The translations under genes were made by a program, and so were the position numbers. 64,000 bases of DNA from Eledone cirrhosa (Eukaryota), in assembly GCA_964016885.1 (NCBI GenBank), contig OZ024740.1, positions 142,414,001 through 142,478,000 on the forward strand. Reading direction: 5' to 3'. The notes beneath the pieces were generated by a model, which was not told the DNA's origin, did no database searches, and saw only the letters and a program-made list of their open reading frames with translations. Shown here piece by piece: positions 63,601-64,000 of this stretch. Position 1 is the first letter of the stretch. Every line of letters begins with the position of its first letter.

Positions 63601-64000
63601 AACAACATCACCATCAACAACATCACCATCAACAACATCACCATCAACAACATCACCATCAACAACATCACCATCAACAACACAACCATCAACACCACCA
63701 CCATCAACAACACCACCATCAACAACACCACCATCAACAACATCACCATCAACAACACCACCATCAACACCACCAACATCAACAACATCACCATCAACAA
63801 CACCACCATCAACAACATCACCATCAACAACACCACCATCAACAACACCACCATCAACAACACCACCATCAACAACATCACCATCAACAACACCACCATC
63901 AACAACACCACCATCAACAACATCACCATCAACAACATCACCATCAACACCACCAACATCAACAACATCACCATCAACTATATGAACATCAACAACATCA
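57700..64000. repeat. ~3.1-3.2-kb higher-order tandem duplication (diverged by whole-unit indels)
   Basis: CCAGCATT has its G at 58121 and 61226. CAAGATC has its G at 58857 and 61962 (3105 apart). ACTATATGAAC at 60777 and 63978 (3201 apart). Confidence 0.8.

Larger units (their letters stand above)
4325..64000. repeat. Giant 15-bp triplet-based tandem satellite (ACAACAYCACCATCA)n, extends beyond the window
   Basis: Continuous NCA triplets with two dominant monomers and frequent 12-bp and 18-bp variants. The + strand almost lacks G. I saw no unique-sequence or transposon interruption over ~59.7 kb. Confidence 0.97.

Noticed and set aside
4515-63977. Many MVVLL 'membrane protein' ORFs on the minus strand
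   Set aside because: ATG is part of every monomer, and ORF ends simply mark CTA variants or indels.
4325-64000. Single intact giant mucin (PTS) exon
   Set aside because: Recurrent in-frame TAA/TGA and frameshifts are amplified by duplication, and no splice acceptor is evident at the left boundary. Kept only as a testable partial or relic hypothesis in the findings.
4325-64000. Telomeric repeat
   Set aside because: It is not TTAGGG-like, and the C/A-rich strand runs 5'->3' away from the unique flank, the opposite of telomere polarity for an end on the right.
4325-64000. CRISPR array
   Set aside because: No unique spacers, no cas genes, and a eukaryotic context.

Overview
Eukaryotic, AT-rich, apparently non-coding window. 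The SINE types and dense microsatellites resemble an animal genome, most like Octopus/coleoid cephalopod (inferred, not searched). Bases 1-4020 are a mosaic of degenerate tRNA-headed SINE copies from two families, (CA)n/(TA)n/(TAT)n microsatellites, an ~80-bp Tc1/mariner-type MITE, and two TA-flanked fragments with hammerhead-ribozyme remnants (Penelope-like). One of these fragments is folded into a 48-bp near-perfect inverted repeat. From ~4025 a (CAT)n microsatellite grades into a >=59.7-kb tandem array that runs off the right edge. The array is built almost entirely of NCA triplets arranged as a 15-bp monomer with two dominant alleles (ACA ACA CCA CCA TCA and ACA ACA TCA CCA TCA), roughly 4,000 monomers. 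Rare variants reveal nested higher-order duplications (120, 267, 360, 621, ~730-780, 1065, ~1670, 1932, 2589, ~3100 and 4307 bp) and one ~6-kb block repeated ~22-23 kb away. The giant ORFs (NNTTI, GGVVD, MVVLL, STTPP, QQHHH) are best explained as artefacts of the triplet structure. No protein-coding gene is supported.
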